Assembly (NCBI RefSeq): GCF_038022665.1
Contig: NZ_CP150629.1
Location: 826,480-850,479 of the forward strand
Direction: 5' to 3'
DNA: 24,000 bases
Source of the DNA: Methanolobus sp. WCC4
GTDB lineage: Archaea; Halobacteriota; Methanosarcinia; Methanosarcinales; Methanosarcinaceae
Shown here: positions 1 through 9,574 of the stretch, piece after piece
Layout: the number at the start of each line of letters is the position of its first letter
How positions within the stretch are numbered: position 1 is the stretch's first letter
Notes under the pieces: generated by a model
What the model was told of the DNA's origin: nothing
Databases searched by the model: none
The model's input: the letters and a program-made list of their open reading frames with translations, nothing else
Made by a program: the position numbers and the translations under genes

Positions 1-1210
<1,210 letters not shown>

Positions 1211-1315
1211 TGTCCGTCTTGCTTTGTCCAGGCGAAATCTGATATGTGCATGTTAATATACACGTTATCTAAGGTAATGTATAAATAGTATGAATCCGTT
1301 CATCAATCGCTCATT

Positions 1316-1387
1316 GCCAAGATGGCGGAGCGGCTACGCAATCGCCTGCAGAGCGATTCCATTCCGGTTCGAATCCGGATCTTGGCT
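1316..1387 (+). tRNA. tRNA-Cys (anticodon GCA), no encoded CCA
   Basis: Hand-folded cloverleaf. Acceptor GCCAAGA/TCTTGGC. Anticodon stem ATCGC/GCGAT with loop CTGCAGA (GCA). T-arm TCCGG-TTCGAAT-CCGGA. Discriminator U73 is the Cys identity base. Confidence 0.9.
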
Positions 1388-1411
1388 TTACGTTTACCTT
1401 CATCATGAGAG

Positions 1412-1536
1412 AGTTTGGCGGCCATAGCGGCGGGGCAATTCCTGTACCCATCCCGAACACAGAAGATAAGTCCGCCTGCGTCCTATACTGTACTTAAGTA
1501 CGAGAGTCTTTGGGAACTATAGAACGCTGCCAACTC
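1412..1536 (+). rRNA. rrf: 5S rRNA
   Basis: Terminal helix 'agtttggcggc' pairs with 'gctgccaact'. Conserved core 'cccatcccgaacacagaagataag' is present. Length is ~125 nt and it lies directly downstream of 23S/tRNA. Ends are +/-3 nt. Confidence 0.88.
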
Positions 1537-1550
1537 ACTCATACAACTTA

Positions 1551-1610
1551 TCTCTTTTTACTGGCTTTTTATCACTTCAGAGCAACTGCTCTGTAGTTCT
1601 GGTTTTTTTA
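1551..1610 (+). terminator. rRNA operon terminator region (oligo-T runs plus hairpin)
   Basis: T5 at 1555-1559 and 1566-1570. Hairpin CAGAGC-aact-GCTCTG at 1578-1593. T7 at 1603-1609. Archaeal RNA polymerase terminates at oligo-T tracts. Confidence 0.5.
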
Positions 1611-1688
1611 TTCTTTCTCGGAGACTATGCTTTTTGTAACCATAATCAGGCGAATGGTTAGTTAATCCTGTGCTTGTGTTTAAATCTC

Positions 1689-1720
1689 AAAAAGTGAATA
1701 TGGTACCGCGCAAAGCGCGG
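1689..1720 (-). terminator. putative terminator downstream of trkA
   Basis: GC hairpin CCGCGC-aaa-GCGCGG (1706-1720) followed on the minus strand by TTTTT (complement of 1689-1693), ~50 nt after the trkA stop. Confidence 0.35.
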
Positions 1721-1768
1721 CACATATGCAGAACAAATATGAACTGACTTAATGTTGCCTTATTTCCC

Positions 1769-2428
1769 CTACTCCTCTATCTTCCGTCCCATAGCTTCAT
1801 TCACATCCTTGATGAAATCTGCTTTTGTAACAATGAGGATCTCATCTTTTTCACGTATCTTTGGGTCTTTCTCTGCAAGGATAAACTCACTCTTGCGGTA
1901 AAGTCCGATGAAAGCACTTTCTTCAGGTAATGAAATTTCCGACAATTTTTTGTTGATGACATCTTCCGTAGCCATAATTCCCATAAAACGAACATTTGAA
2001 CGCACCAGATTACTCAGTTCAATTGTATTTATTCCCCTGAGAACATCTGATATATAACTGGAAGATATGCTTGAGGGATTGATCATATAAGAGAAGCCAA
2101 GTTTGTTGGCAACATCCATGAACTGCCTATCATCGATCTTCAGGACTATCTTTTCTACCTTTGCATCCCTGGCGATCAGACCGATCAGGATATTGTTCTG
2201 ATCATTGGTTGTGCAGGCAACAACAGCATTTGCATTGGCAAGATCGGCTTTCTCAAGTATGTCAGGTCTTGTACCCTCTGCATTGATCACGGTGCAATCC
2301 AGGGTCTCTGCAAGCTCTTTGGCAATTGCCTCATCCTTCTCTATCAGTATGACCTCTCTTCCCTGGGCTATCATATTCTTCGTAAGCTGGATACCCAGTG
2401 AACCTGCACCCACAACTATCACTCTCAT
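1769..2428 (-). CDS. trkA: Trk-type K+ transport system NAD-binding (RCK) subunit TrkA
   Basis: 219 aa. N-terminal Rossmann motif 'RVIVVGAGSLG' plus 'EVILIEKD' (TrkA_N), followed by an RCK_C-like half. The start overlaps the trkH stop (ATGA at 2425-2428). Confidence 0.88.
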   Translation of the reverse strand: MRVIVVGAGSLGIQLTKNMIAQGREVILIEKDEAIAKELAETLDCTVINAEGTRPDILEKADLANANAVVACTTNDQNNILIGLIARDAKVEKIVLKIDDRQFMDVANKLGFSYMINPSSISSSYISDVLRGINTIELSNLVRSNVRFMGIMATEDVINKKLSEISLPEESAFIGLYRKSEFILAEKDPKIREKDEILIVTKADFIKDVNEAMGRKIEE

Positions 2429-3882
2429 ACTTTCACCATCCTCCTATTGTTCCTCTTTCTTTTTATCCATGTTCCCGGCATAAGCAGCAGTATCAATGGA
2501 ATTATCTCTATTCTGCCAAACAGCATATCTATTATCAATACCGCTTTCAGTAGAATGGGCATGGAAGCACCGGTCACTCCCGAGGAAAGTCCCACAGTGC
2601 TCAGGGCGCTCGATGATTCGAAGACTGCATTGCTTGTATCAACCCCATAAAGCATGAAAATGAATGATGAGATGACCAGTATCAGAGTATAGAGCAGCAT
2701 GAATGTCACAAGATTGTATATCTCATCACTCTCTATGACATGGTCCTCTATCTTCATGGGGGTTATTGTTTCTCTGGGAAGGAACAATCTCAGCAGTACG
2801 TTATGTACCACTTTAAAAAGCAAAAGAACTCTGAACACTTTGATACCACCGGCAGTGGATCCCATACTTCCTCCTATCCACATCATGAATATCAAGACAG
2901 CTTTTGAAGCCTCGGACAGGATAGAAAGGTCGAATGTAGAATAGCCTGCTGTGGTGGATGCAGATATTATCTGGAAAAGGTTGTCCTTGATACTATTATA
3001 TTCAAATTCCTCTCTTGATAATGTGAATGCGAATATGATCGCTCCCAATAACAGCATCCCCAGGAAATATCTCAGTTCCCTGTTAACAAAGAACTTCTCC
3101 GGTTTCTTCAAAAGATACGGATAGAGCACAAAGCTCACCGCACCAAGGAGGCATGATATACTGATAGCAGCAGGTATGAGATTGCCCTGATATGCTCCTA
3201 TGCTATCACCCTGTGTTGAGAATCCCCCTGTTGATACACAACAGAATGCATGGCATATGGAATCAAAGAGTGACATCCCACTTATTAATAACAGTACTAT
3301 AGATACCAGAGTTATGATAATGTACACCTTGCCGAGTGTACGTGTTGTCGATATCACAGTTGGTTTGATCTTCATGTCGCCGTAGTTGGCTTTGTATATC
3401 CTGAAAGCTGTAGTTCCCGGCCTTATCAGAACAGAAAGCACAACAAGGATTATCCCAATTCCTCCCACCCACTGCCCCCATGAACGGGCAAACAGGAAAA
3501 CTGGTCCTGCGTCAGGAGGTGCAACGCTGAGTCCGGTAGTGGTCACAGCAGAAACACTTTCAAAATAAGCATCAAAGAATGGCATACCTGTTGACAGGGA
3601 CATGGGTATAGCGCTGAGAAAAGCGGAAAGCGGGAAAACCAGTGCCACTATAATGAGTGCTTCCTTTGTCTCAAGCTCGTACTCCGGTAAGGCTCTGTAG
3701 ATAATGGACCCAACAATGAAAACTGAAACAGCAGTACCTCCGTAATACATGGCTGCCTCAGTGTTAGAAAGCAAAAGTGCTGCCATCATCGGCACGATAA
3801 GTACGAACGCAAATGCTATCAGGTAATATCCCATGTACCTGGAAACCGCCTTTATGTCAACAGGGGTATGCAGTTCGTACAT
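2425..3882 (-). CDS. trkH: Trk-type K+ transporter membrane subunit TrkH
   Basis: Polytopic membrane protein with repeated selectivity-filter-like 'TTTG/STGGFS/TTAGYS/STVGLS' segments, 'GGSMGSTAGGIKVFR' and C-terminal 'FGRIEI'. The longest ORF starts at 3921. I prefer ATG 3882 (MYELHTPV...) because a TATA-like 'atatattttataaag' (3905-3919) sits ~28 nt upstream, which fits a leaderless mRNA. The shorter N-terminus also matches E. coli TrkH better. Confidence 0.88.
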   Translation of the reverse strand: MYELHTPVDIKAVSRYMGYYLIAFAFVLIVPMMAALLLSNTEAAMYYGGTAVSVFIVGSIIYRALPEYELETKEALIIVALVFPLSAFLSAIPMSLSTGMPFFDAYFESVSAVTTTGLSVAPPDAGPVFLFARSWGQWVGGIGIILVVLSVLIRPGTTAFRIYKANYGDMKIKPTVISTTRTLGKVYIIITLVSIVLLLISGMSLFDSICHAFCCVSTGGFSTQGDSIGAYQGNLIPAAISISCLLGAVSFVLYPYLLKKPEKFFVNRELRYFLGMLLLGAIIFAFTLSREEFEYNSIKDNLFQIISASTTAGYSTFDLSILSEASKAVLIFMMWIGGSMGSTAGGIKVFRVLLLFKVVHNVLLRLFLPRETITPMKIEDHVIESDEIYNLVTFMLLYTLILVISSFIFMLYGVDTSNAVFESSSALSTVGLSSGVTGASMPILLKAVLIIDMLFGRIEIIPLILLLMPGTWIKRKRNNRRMVKV

Positions 3883-3904
3883 AGGTAATAATGCTCCCTG
3901 AAAC

Positions 3905-3984
3905 TTTATAAAATATATCATGTATGGGCTGTCTTCATCCTGCCTTTTAGTATCCAGTCTCCCTGAGAGGAAGCTTAAATATAT
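3905..3984. promoter_or_regulatory. divergent promoter region (TATA-like boxes for trkH and tgtA)
   Basis: 'tttataaaatatat' (3905-3919) lies ~28 nt from trkH ATG 3882. 'ttaaatatat' (3975-3984) lies ~26 nt from tgtA ATG 4006. Neither gene has an SD, which suggests leaderless transcripts. Confidence 0.35.
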
Positions 3985-4005
3985 CTTGACCTCATCTACA
4001 GGATC

Positions 4006-5472
4006 ATGTCACAATTCGATATAATCCATAAGGATGCAGCAGGGCGCATCGGTAAACTGACAACTCCTCACGGGGTTGTGGAAACCCCTACTGTGATGCC
4101 TGTCATCAATCCTAACATTCAGACCATAAAACCTTCAGAGATGAGGGATTTCGGTGCTGAGATACTTATCACCAATTCATATATCATCTACCGCAAGGAT
4201 GAGTTAAGGGAAAAGGCACTCAAGGACGGTCTGCATGCATTGCTTGATTTTGACGGTCCTCTTATGACCGATTCTGGTTCCTTCCAGCTTTCCGTCTACG
4301 GTGAAGTAGAGGTCACAAATGAACAGATCATCGATTTCCAGCAGAAGATCGGTACGGATATCGGTGTCCCTCTTGATATCCCCACACATCCTGATGTCTC
4401 CTATGAGAAAGCGAAGGAAGATATGGATATCACTATAGAGCGTCTCAAGGAAGCAAGAGGGCTTGTGAAGGATGGTATGCTCCTTGCAGGTCCTGTACAG
4501 GGTGCCACTTACAAAGACCTCCGTGAAGAGTGTGCCCGTGAGCTTTCAGACGTTGGCTTTGATGTCTATCCTTTCGGGGCTGTTGTGCCACTCATGGAAT
4601 CATACCGCTATGCGGACCTTGTGGATGTTATTGCTTCAGCTAAAAAGGGTCTTGACCCTACAGCACCTGTGCACCTGTTCGGAGCCGGTCATCCAATGAT
4701 GTTCGCTCTTGCCGTTGCGCTGGGTTGCGACCTGTTTGACTCAGCAGCCTATGCACTCTATGCAAAGGACAGACGCTACATAACCTCAAGGGGTACATAT
4801 CATGTGGACCAGCTCAAATACCTGCCATGTTCCTGTCCTGTATGTATGGCACATACTGCAGAGGAGTTGAAAAAGGCACACAACTGTACCGAACTTCTTG
4901 CAAGACACAACCTCTATGTCACATTTGAAGAGGTGCGTGAGGTCAAACAGGCCATATGGGAAGGCAATCTTCTGGAGCTTGTAGAACAGCGCTGCCGTTC
5001 ACACCCAAGGATGCTGGAAGCATTGAAGCAGATGTACACTTATTCCCCATGGCTGGAAGAGTGCGACCCTTCATCCAAGTCCACATTCTTCTACTGCGGA
5101 CCGGAATCCGCAAAGAGGCCAGAGGTCCTGCGTTTTAACAAACAACTGGAAAGGCTTAGCATCGAAGGGTCTGTGCTTATCAGGGCATATCCAACGAAAA
5201 TAGACAAAGAGTATGATAATGTCATGATGTTCAAGCCCCCATTCGGTTCTTATCCACAGGAACTTGCAGAGGTCTATCCTTTCAATGCAGAGGTTGTAAG
5301 GACACCTGACCACGAGTCACTTGAAACTGCATATCAGAACACCATCAAGCTTGTGGAATTGAACCCTGATGCAACCTATACTTTCCTGATGAATGACAGG
5401 TTCGAACACCCTCTTGTGGAAAAACTTGCAGAAATGGACAACTTCACAGTCGTTCCTCCAAAGAATGACTGA
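4006..5472 (+). CDS. tgtA: archaeosine tRNA-guanine(15) transglycosylase (ArcTGT), short form without an obvious PUA domain
   Basis: 488 aa. TGT-family N-terminus 'GRIGKLTTPHGVVETPTVMPV', 'ILITNSY', 'LMTDSGSFQ', and Zn site 'CSCPVC...H'. The C-terminal ~120 aa shows no PUA-like pattern. Confidence 0.88.
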   Translation: MSQFDIIHKDAAGRIGKLTTPHGVVETPTVMPVINPNIQTIKPSEMRDFGAEILITNSYIIYRKDELREKALKDGLHALLDFDGPLMTDSGSFQLSVYGEVEVTNEQIIDFQQKIGTDIGVPLDIPTHPDVSYEKAKEDMDITIERLKEARGLVKDGMLLAGPVQGATYKDLREECARELSDVGFDVYPFGAVVPLMESYRYADLVDVIASAKKGLDPTAPVHLFGAGHPMMFALAVALGCDLFDSAAYALYAKDRRYITSRGTYHVDQLKYLPCSCPVCMAHTAEELKKAHNCTELLARHNLYVTFEEVREVKQAIWEGNLLELVEQRCRSHPRMLEALKQMYTYSPWLEECDPSSKSTFFYCGPESAKRPEVLRFNKQLERLSIEGSVLIRAYPTKIDKEYDNVMMFKPPFGSYPQELAEVYPFNAEVVRTPDHESLETAYQNTIKLVELNPDATYTFLMNDRFEHPLVEKLAEMDNFTVVPPKND

Positions 5473-5473
5473 T

Positions 5474-5492
5474 CATTTTCTTTCTTTTTTAA
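5474..5492 (+). terminator. oligo-T tract after tgtA
   Basis: 'tcattttctttctttttt' immediately follows the stop codon. Confidence 0.35.
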
Positions 5493-5512
5493 ACCTTCAT
5501 TTTCCCAATACT

Positions 5513-5526
5513 AAATTACATATAAG
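5513..5526 (+). promoter_or_regulatory. TATA-like box for the eanB-eanA-sufS-sufE operon
   Basis: 'aaattacatataag' is centred ~26 nt upstream of ATG 5547. No SD is present, which implies a leaderless first gene. Confidence 0.3.
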
Positions 5527-5546
5527 AGTCTAACAAATGTAACTTC

Positions 5547-6806
5547 ATGGGAGTTATTTTAACTGACGATCTATTGGACAATATAGATGGATATAAGCTG
5601 GTCGATATAAGGTCGGTTGATGCTTATAATGGCTGGAAGGAGAACGGGGAGGCAAAAGGCGGTCACATCAAAGGTGCAAAGTCTCTGCCATACAAATGGT
5701 TACATTATATAGACTGGATAGAGATCGTCAGGAACAAAGGTATAGTGCCTGATGATTCCCTGGTCATCTATGGTTATGATCAGGAAAGGGCAGAAGAGGT
5801 TGCAAGGCAGTTTGAAAGGGCCGGTTATCCAGATGTTGCCGTTCTTGACTCATTTTCCGAATGGGTTGAAAAGGACCTGCCAATGGAACATCTTGAAAGA
5901 TACAGGCAGCTTGTTTCGGCAGACTGGCTTAACCAGTTGATCAGCACAGGGAATGCTCCTGAATACGACAATGACAGGTTCGTGGTGTGCCATGGTCACT
6001 ACAGGAATCCTTCTGATTATGAAGAGGGACATATCCCCGGGGCGATATCAATTGATACGAATTCTCTTGAATCCACTGAGACGTGGAATCGTCGCTCGCC
6101 TGAAGAGATAAAAGAGACTCTGGAAAATGCAGGTATAAGTTCTGATACCACAGTGGTCCTTTATGGAAGATTCTCATTCCCTAACAATGATGACCCCTTC
6201 CCCGGGAGCAGCGCAGGTCATCTTGGATCTATAAGGGCTGCATTCATAATGCTCTATGCCGGGGTAAAGGATGTTCGCATACTTAACGGCGGACTTCAGT
6301 CATGGCTTGACTCCGGATATGCTATAACAAAAGAACCGGTCAGCAAGGACAGAGTATCTTTCGGAGTTGATATCCCTCAGAAACCTGAGATAGCTGTTGA
6401 TCTGGAGGAGGCAAAGGATATCCTTGCATCGCCTGACAAGAACCTGGTATGTGTCAGAAGCTGGAGAGAATACATAGGGGAAGTTAGTGGTTACAACTAC
6501 ATTGAGAAGAAGGGTAGGATCCCTGGTGCAGTGTTCGATGATTGTGGTTCGGATGCCTACCACATGGAGAACTACAGGAACCTTGACCATACCATGCGTG
6601 AATATCACGAGGTTGCAGAAAGCTGGGAAAAGATAGGTATAACCTCTGATAAGCGCAATGCTTTCTACTGTGGGACCGGCTGGAGGGGCAGCGAGGCTTT
6701 CTTCAATGCGTGGCTCATGGGTTGGGATAAGGCAGCCGTCTATGATGGTGGATGGTTCGAATGGAGCAACAATGACCTTCCATTTGAGACCGGGGTGCCT
6801 GAGTAA
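5547..6806 (+). CDS. eanB: EanB-type rhodanese-domain sulfurtransferase (hercynine C2 sulfurtransferase / anaerobic ergothioneine synthase)
   Basis: 419 aa with tandem rhodanese-like domains ('GGHIKGA', 'EGHIPGA', 'KGRIPGA'). Active-site loop is 'FYCGTGWRGSE' (Cys375; TGT at 6669-6671). Counting back from that Cys gives Tyr at -1, -37 and -59 and Cys at -42 and -73. As I recall them, this is the same spacing as Chlorobium limicola EanB Tyr411/375/353 and Cys370/339 relative to Cys412. The stop overlaps the start of an EgtD-like gene (TAATG). Confidence 0.8.
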   Translation: MGVILTDDLLDNIDGYKLVDIRSVDAYNGWKENGEAKGGHIKGAKSLPYKWLHYIDWIEIVRNKGIVPDDSLVIYGYDQERAEEVARQFERAGYPDVAVLDSFSEWVEKDLPMEHLERYRQLVSADWLNQLISTGNAPEYDNDRFVVCHGHYRNPSDYEEGHIPGAISIDTNSLESTETWNRRSPEEIKETLENAGISSDTTVVLYGRFSFPNNDDPFPGSSAGHLGSIRAAFIMLYAGVKDVRILNGGLQSWLDSGYAITKEPVSKDRVSFGVDIPQKPEIAVDLEEAKDILASPDKNLVCVRSWREYIGEVSGYNYIEKKGRIPGAVFDDCGSDAYHMENYRNLDHTMREYHEVAESWEKIGITSDKRNAFYCGTGWRGSEAFFNAWLMGWDKAAVYDGGWFEWSNNDLPFETGVPE

Positions 6807-7768
6807 TGATAATTGAGGATTTCATGCCCCCGACAGGGGAAAGTTCAGTAAGGGACAGACTCCTGGCCGGTCTGAGGTCATACCCCAAAATGATCCCATC
6901 AATGTTCTTCTATGATCACAGGGGTTCGGAACTGTTCGAGCATATCACGGGACTGGAGGAATACTATCCTCCTAAGATCGAGATACCACTTCTTGCTTCA
7001 ACTGCCAGAAAGTTGAGACATGAATTAAAGGACTGCGATATTGTAGAGCTTGGAAGTGGTGACTGCTCGAAGATATCCGTTTTCCTTGATGAAGTGCCGG
7101 AAGATATCCGTGCTACCATGGCCTACTATCCGGTTGACGTCTGTAAGGAGGCAATTGAGAAATCGGCGTGTAATCTCCATGTAAAGTACCCTGAGATGGA
7201 GATACATGGCATAACTGCTGATTTCCTGGAACATATGGAGAAGATCCCGGGTGACCGAAAAAGGTTCTTCTGTTTCTTCGGGAGTACAATAGGGAATCTC
7301 AGTGAGGCAAAGGCGATGGAGTTCATGGGCAATCTGGGTGAGGTCATGAACGACGAAGACAGGCTCATACTTGGCATGGATATGGTGAAGGACATCGATG
7401 TCATCGAAAGGGCCTATAACGACAGTCAGGGTGTGACCGCTGAATTCAACAAGAACATACTGAACGTCACAAACGATAACCTTGGAACCAACTTCGACCC
7501 GGACGATTTTGAGCATGTGGCCTTTTTCAACAGGGAATATTCAAGGATCGAGATGCACCTGAGGGCAAAGAGGGATATGGAAATAACGGTTCCGGGGCTG
7601 AATGAAAAGATGATCATTGTGAAAGATGAGATGATACATACAGAGAACTCACACAAATATACTGCCAAAGATATCGAAAAACTGGCAGACGCAGCGGGAC
7701 TTGATGTGGAGGAGGTCTTTACCGATGACAGGAAATGGTTCTCTCTTGTTGAGATGGTGAAAAGATGA
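6806..7768 (+). CDS. eanA: EgtD/EanA-type SAM-dependent L-histidine N-alpha-methyltransferase (hercynine synthase)
   Basis: 320 aa. Collinear with mycobacterial EgtD as remembered: 'FFYDHRGSELFEHITGLEEYYPPK', 'IVELGSGDCSK', 'FFGSTIGNL', 'LGMDMVKD', 'ERAYNDSQGVTAEFNKNIL', 'FEHVAFFN...RIEMHLRA', 'IHTENSHKY'. Confidence 0.88.
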   Translation: MIIEDFMPPTGESSVRDRLLAGLRSYPKMIPSMFFYDHRGSELFEHITGLEEYYPPKIEIPLLASTARKLRHELKDCDIVELGSGDCSKISVFLDEVPEDIRATMAYYPVDVCKEAIEKSACNLHVKYPEMEIHGITADFLEHMEKIPGDRKRFFCFFGSTIGNLSEAKAMEFMGNLGEVMNDEDRLILGMDMVKDIDVIERAYNDSQGVTAEFNKNILNVTNDNLGTNFDPDDFEHVAFFNREYSRIEMHLRAKRDMEITVPGLNEKMIIVKDEMIHTENSHKYTAKDIEKLADAAGLDVEEVFTDDRKWFSLVEMVKR

Positions 7769-8946
7769 TAGATGCTGCAAAGGATTTCCCCATACTTGAA
7801 AAAGAGGTCTATGGCAGAAGACTTGTCTATCTCGATAGTGCAGCAACGACCCAGAAACCGGAATGTGTGATCGATACGATTGCCGGGTTCTACAGGTCGG
7901 ATTACAGTAATATCCATCGTGGCGTTCACTACCTGAGCGAGGTCTCAAGTGAGAGATATGAGAAGGCAAGGGAGAAGGTCAGTGAGTTCATAGGTGCCGG
8001 AAACCCTGCTGAAGTGACGTTCACTGCCGGTACGACAGATTCCATCAACCAGGTTGCACGCTCACTGGAACCATCTTTGAGAGGAAACGAGGTCATCGTG
8101 ACAGGTGTGGAACACCATTCCAATATCGTATCCTGGCAGATGGCAGGAGCTATTTTGAAGGCAATTCCGATAGATGATGATTGTAATCTGCTGGCGGATT
8201 CTCTGGAGATAACTGACAGAACGAAATTGATAGCTATCAGCCATGCTTCCAATGTCCTTGGCTCTGTCAATGATATCAAAGATATCGTCAGTATTGCAAG
8301 GGACCATGATATTCCGGTTTTAGTGGATGCTGCCCAGTCGATACAGCATATGTCTCTTGATGTGAAGGACATTGGCTGTGATTTTCTTGCATTCTCCGGT
8401 CACAAGATGTATGCATCCACCGGTGTGGGTGTTCTTTATACAAGTGAACGTTTCAGTGACATGATGCCGGCAAGGGGAGGAGGCGGTATGGTGGATAAGG
8501 TGACCCTTGAGAAAACCACCTATCTGGACCCTCCCCTGAGATATGAGGCGGGGACGCCGGATATTGCAGGAGCGATAAGCATCGGTGCAGCGATTGATTA
8601 TATGCAGAAGATAGGCATGGATAAGATAAAAGAGCATGAGCATGAGGTCTATTCCTATGCAAGGGACAGGCTGCTTGAAATGGATGATGTGACAGTCTAT
8701 GGTAACACTGATGAGATGTGCGGTGCCATCTCTTTCAACCTGAAAGGTGTCCATCACTATGATGCAGGTCTGATCATGGATAAGATGGGAATAGCCGTCA
8801 GGACCGGACACCACTGCGCTCAGCCATTGATGAGAACACTTGGAGTTGAAGGTACGGTAAGGGCAAGCTTTGCACTATATAATACTAAGGAAGATGTCGA
8901 CATGCTGGTCGAAGGCATAGAGAAGGTAAGGATGCTGCACTCATGA
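7765..8946 (+). CDS. sufS: group-II (SufS/CsdA-type) PLP-dependent cysteine desulfurase
   Basis: 393 aa. Motifs 'YLDSAATTQKP', 'NIHRGVH', PLP-lysine 'FSGHKMY', and the group-II signature with catalytic Cys 'RTGHHCAQPL'. ATGA overlaps at both ends (7765-7768 and 8943-8946). Confidence 0.9.
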   Translation: MIDAAKDFPILEKEVYGRRLVYLDSAATTQKPECVIDTIAGFYRSDYSNIHRGVHYLSEVSSERYEKAREKVSEFIGAGNPAEVTFTAGTTDSINQVARSLEPSLRGNEVIVTGVEHHSNIVSWQMAGAILKAIPIDDDCNLLADSLEITDRTKLIAISHASNVLGSVNDIKDIVSIARDHDIPVLVDAAQSIQHMSLDVKDIGCDFLAFSGHKMYASTGVGVLYTSERFSDMMPARGGGGMVDKVTLEKTTYLDPPLRYEAGTPDIAGAISIGAAIDYMQKIGMDKIKEHEHEVYSYARDRLLEMDDVTVYGNTDEMCGAISFNLKGVHHYDAGLIMDKMGIAVRTGHHCAQPLMRTLGVEGTVRASFALYNTKEDVDMLVEGIEKVRMLHS

Positions 8947-9350
8947 GCGATGCCATTCAGGATGAGATTATAAAGGAGTTCGAAGGACTGGAGTGGTTCG
9001 ACAAGTACGAACTGCTGATATCCTCGGCCAGGGAGGTCGAGACCATGGCTGAAGAGTTCAGGACAGAGGAGAATACGATAAGCGGATGCCAGTCAAAGGT
9101 CTGGATAAGGAGTTATATCAATGGTAAGAGATTGCATTTCGAGTATGACAGTGATGCCATGATAACCAAAGGTATCGTTGCCTTAGTACTCAGGGTGCTG
9201 AACAACCGTTACCCTCAGGATATCCTTGATACGGACCTGTATTTCATTGATGAGATAGGTTTGAAGTCTAATCTTTCTCCAGCGAGGGCTGATGGTCTGA
9301 TGTCGATCATCAGGAGGATTCGGGAGATCGCTGAGGAAGGAGTTAGTTAG
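8943..9350 (+). CDS. sufE: SufE-type sulfur acceptor protein
   Basis: 135 aa. Persulfide-acceptor loop 'ISGCQSKVWI' (compare E. coli SufE 'GCQSQVW'), 'DSDA.ITKG', 'LSP.R..GL..' at the C-terminus. Translationally coupled to sufS. Confidence 0.85.
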   Translation: MSDAIQDEIIKEFEGLEWFDKYELLISSAREVETMAEEFRTEENTISGCQSKVWIRSYINGKRLHFEYDSDAMITKGIVALVLRVLNNRYPQDILDTDLYFIDEIGLKSNLSPARADGLMSIIRRIREIAEEGVS

Positions 9351-9574
9351 GATTTTTTGGATTTTTACTGTGTGTAGGATCTAGTAATATTGACTATTGT
9401 CTATACATTGAGATGTTTGGACAATATACATTTATCTATGTGTGATCATCAAGTTTCAAACGATTTCTGTGTAGTTGTTCTTTTTAGATTCATAGTAATA
9501 AATGATTAGGTTATTTACAATACCTGCAAAAGTTAATATTTAATAGAGGTGTTAAATCTGTCAGGAGATGCCTT

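Noticed and set aside
9395-9440. Short inverted repeat 'tattgtc ... gacaata' with adjacent 'atacat' repeats upstream of the orphan gene, considered as a mobile-element end or operator
   Set aside because: Only 7 bp in AT-rich DNA with no matching copy on the other side of the islet (10427-10566). This is within chance expectation.
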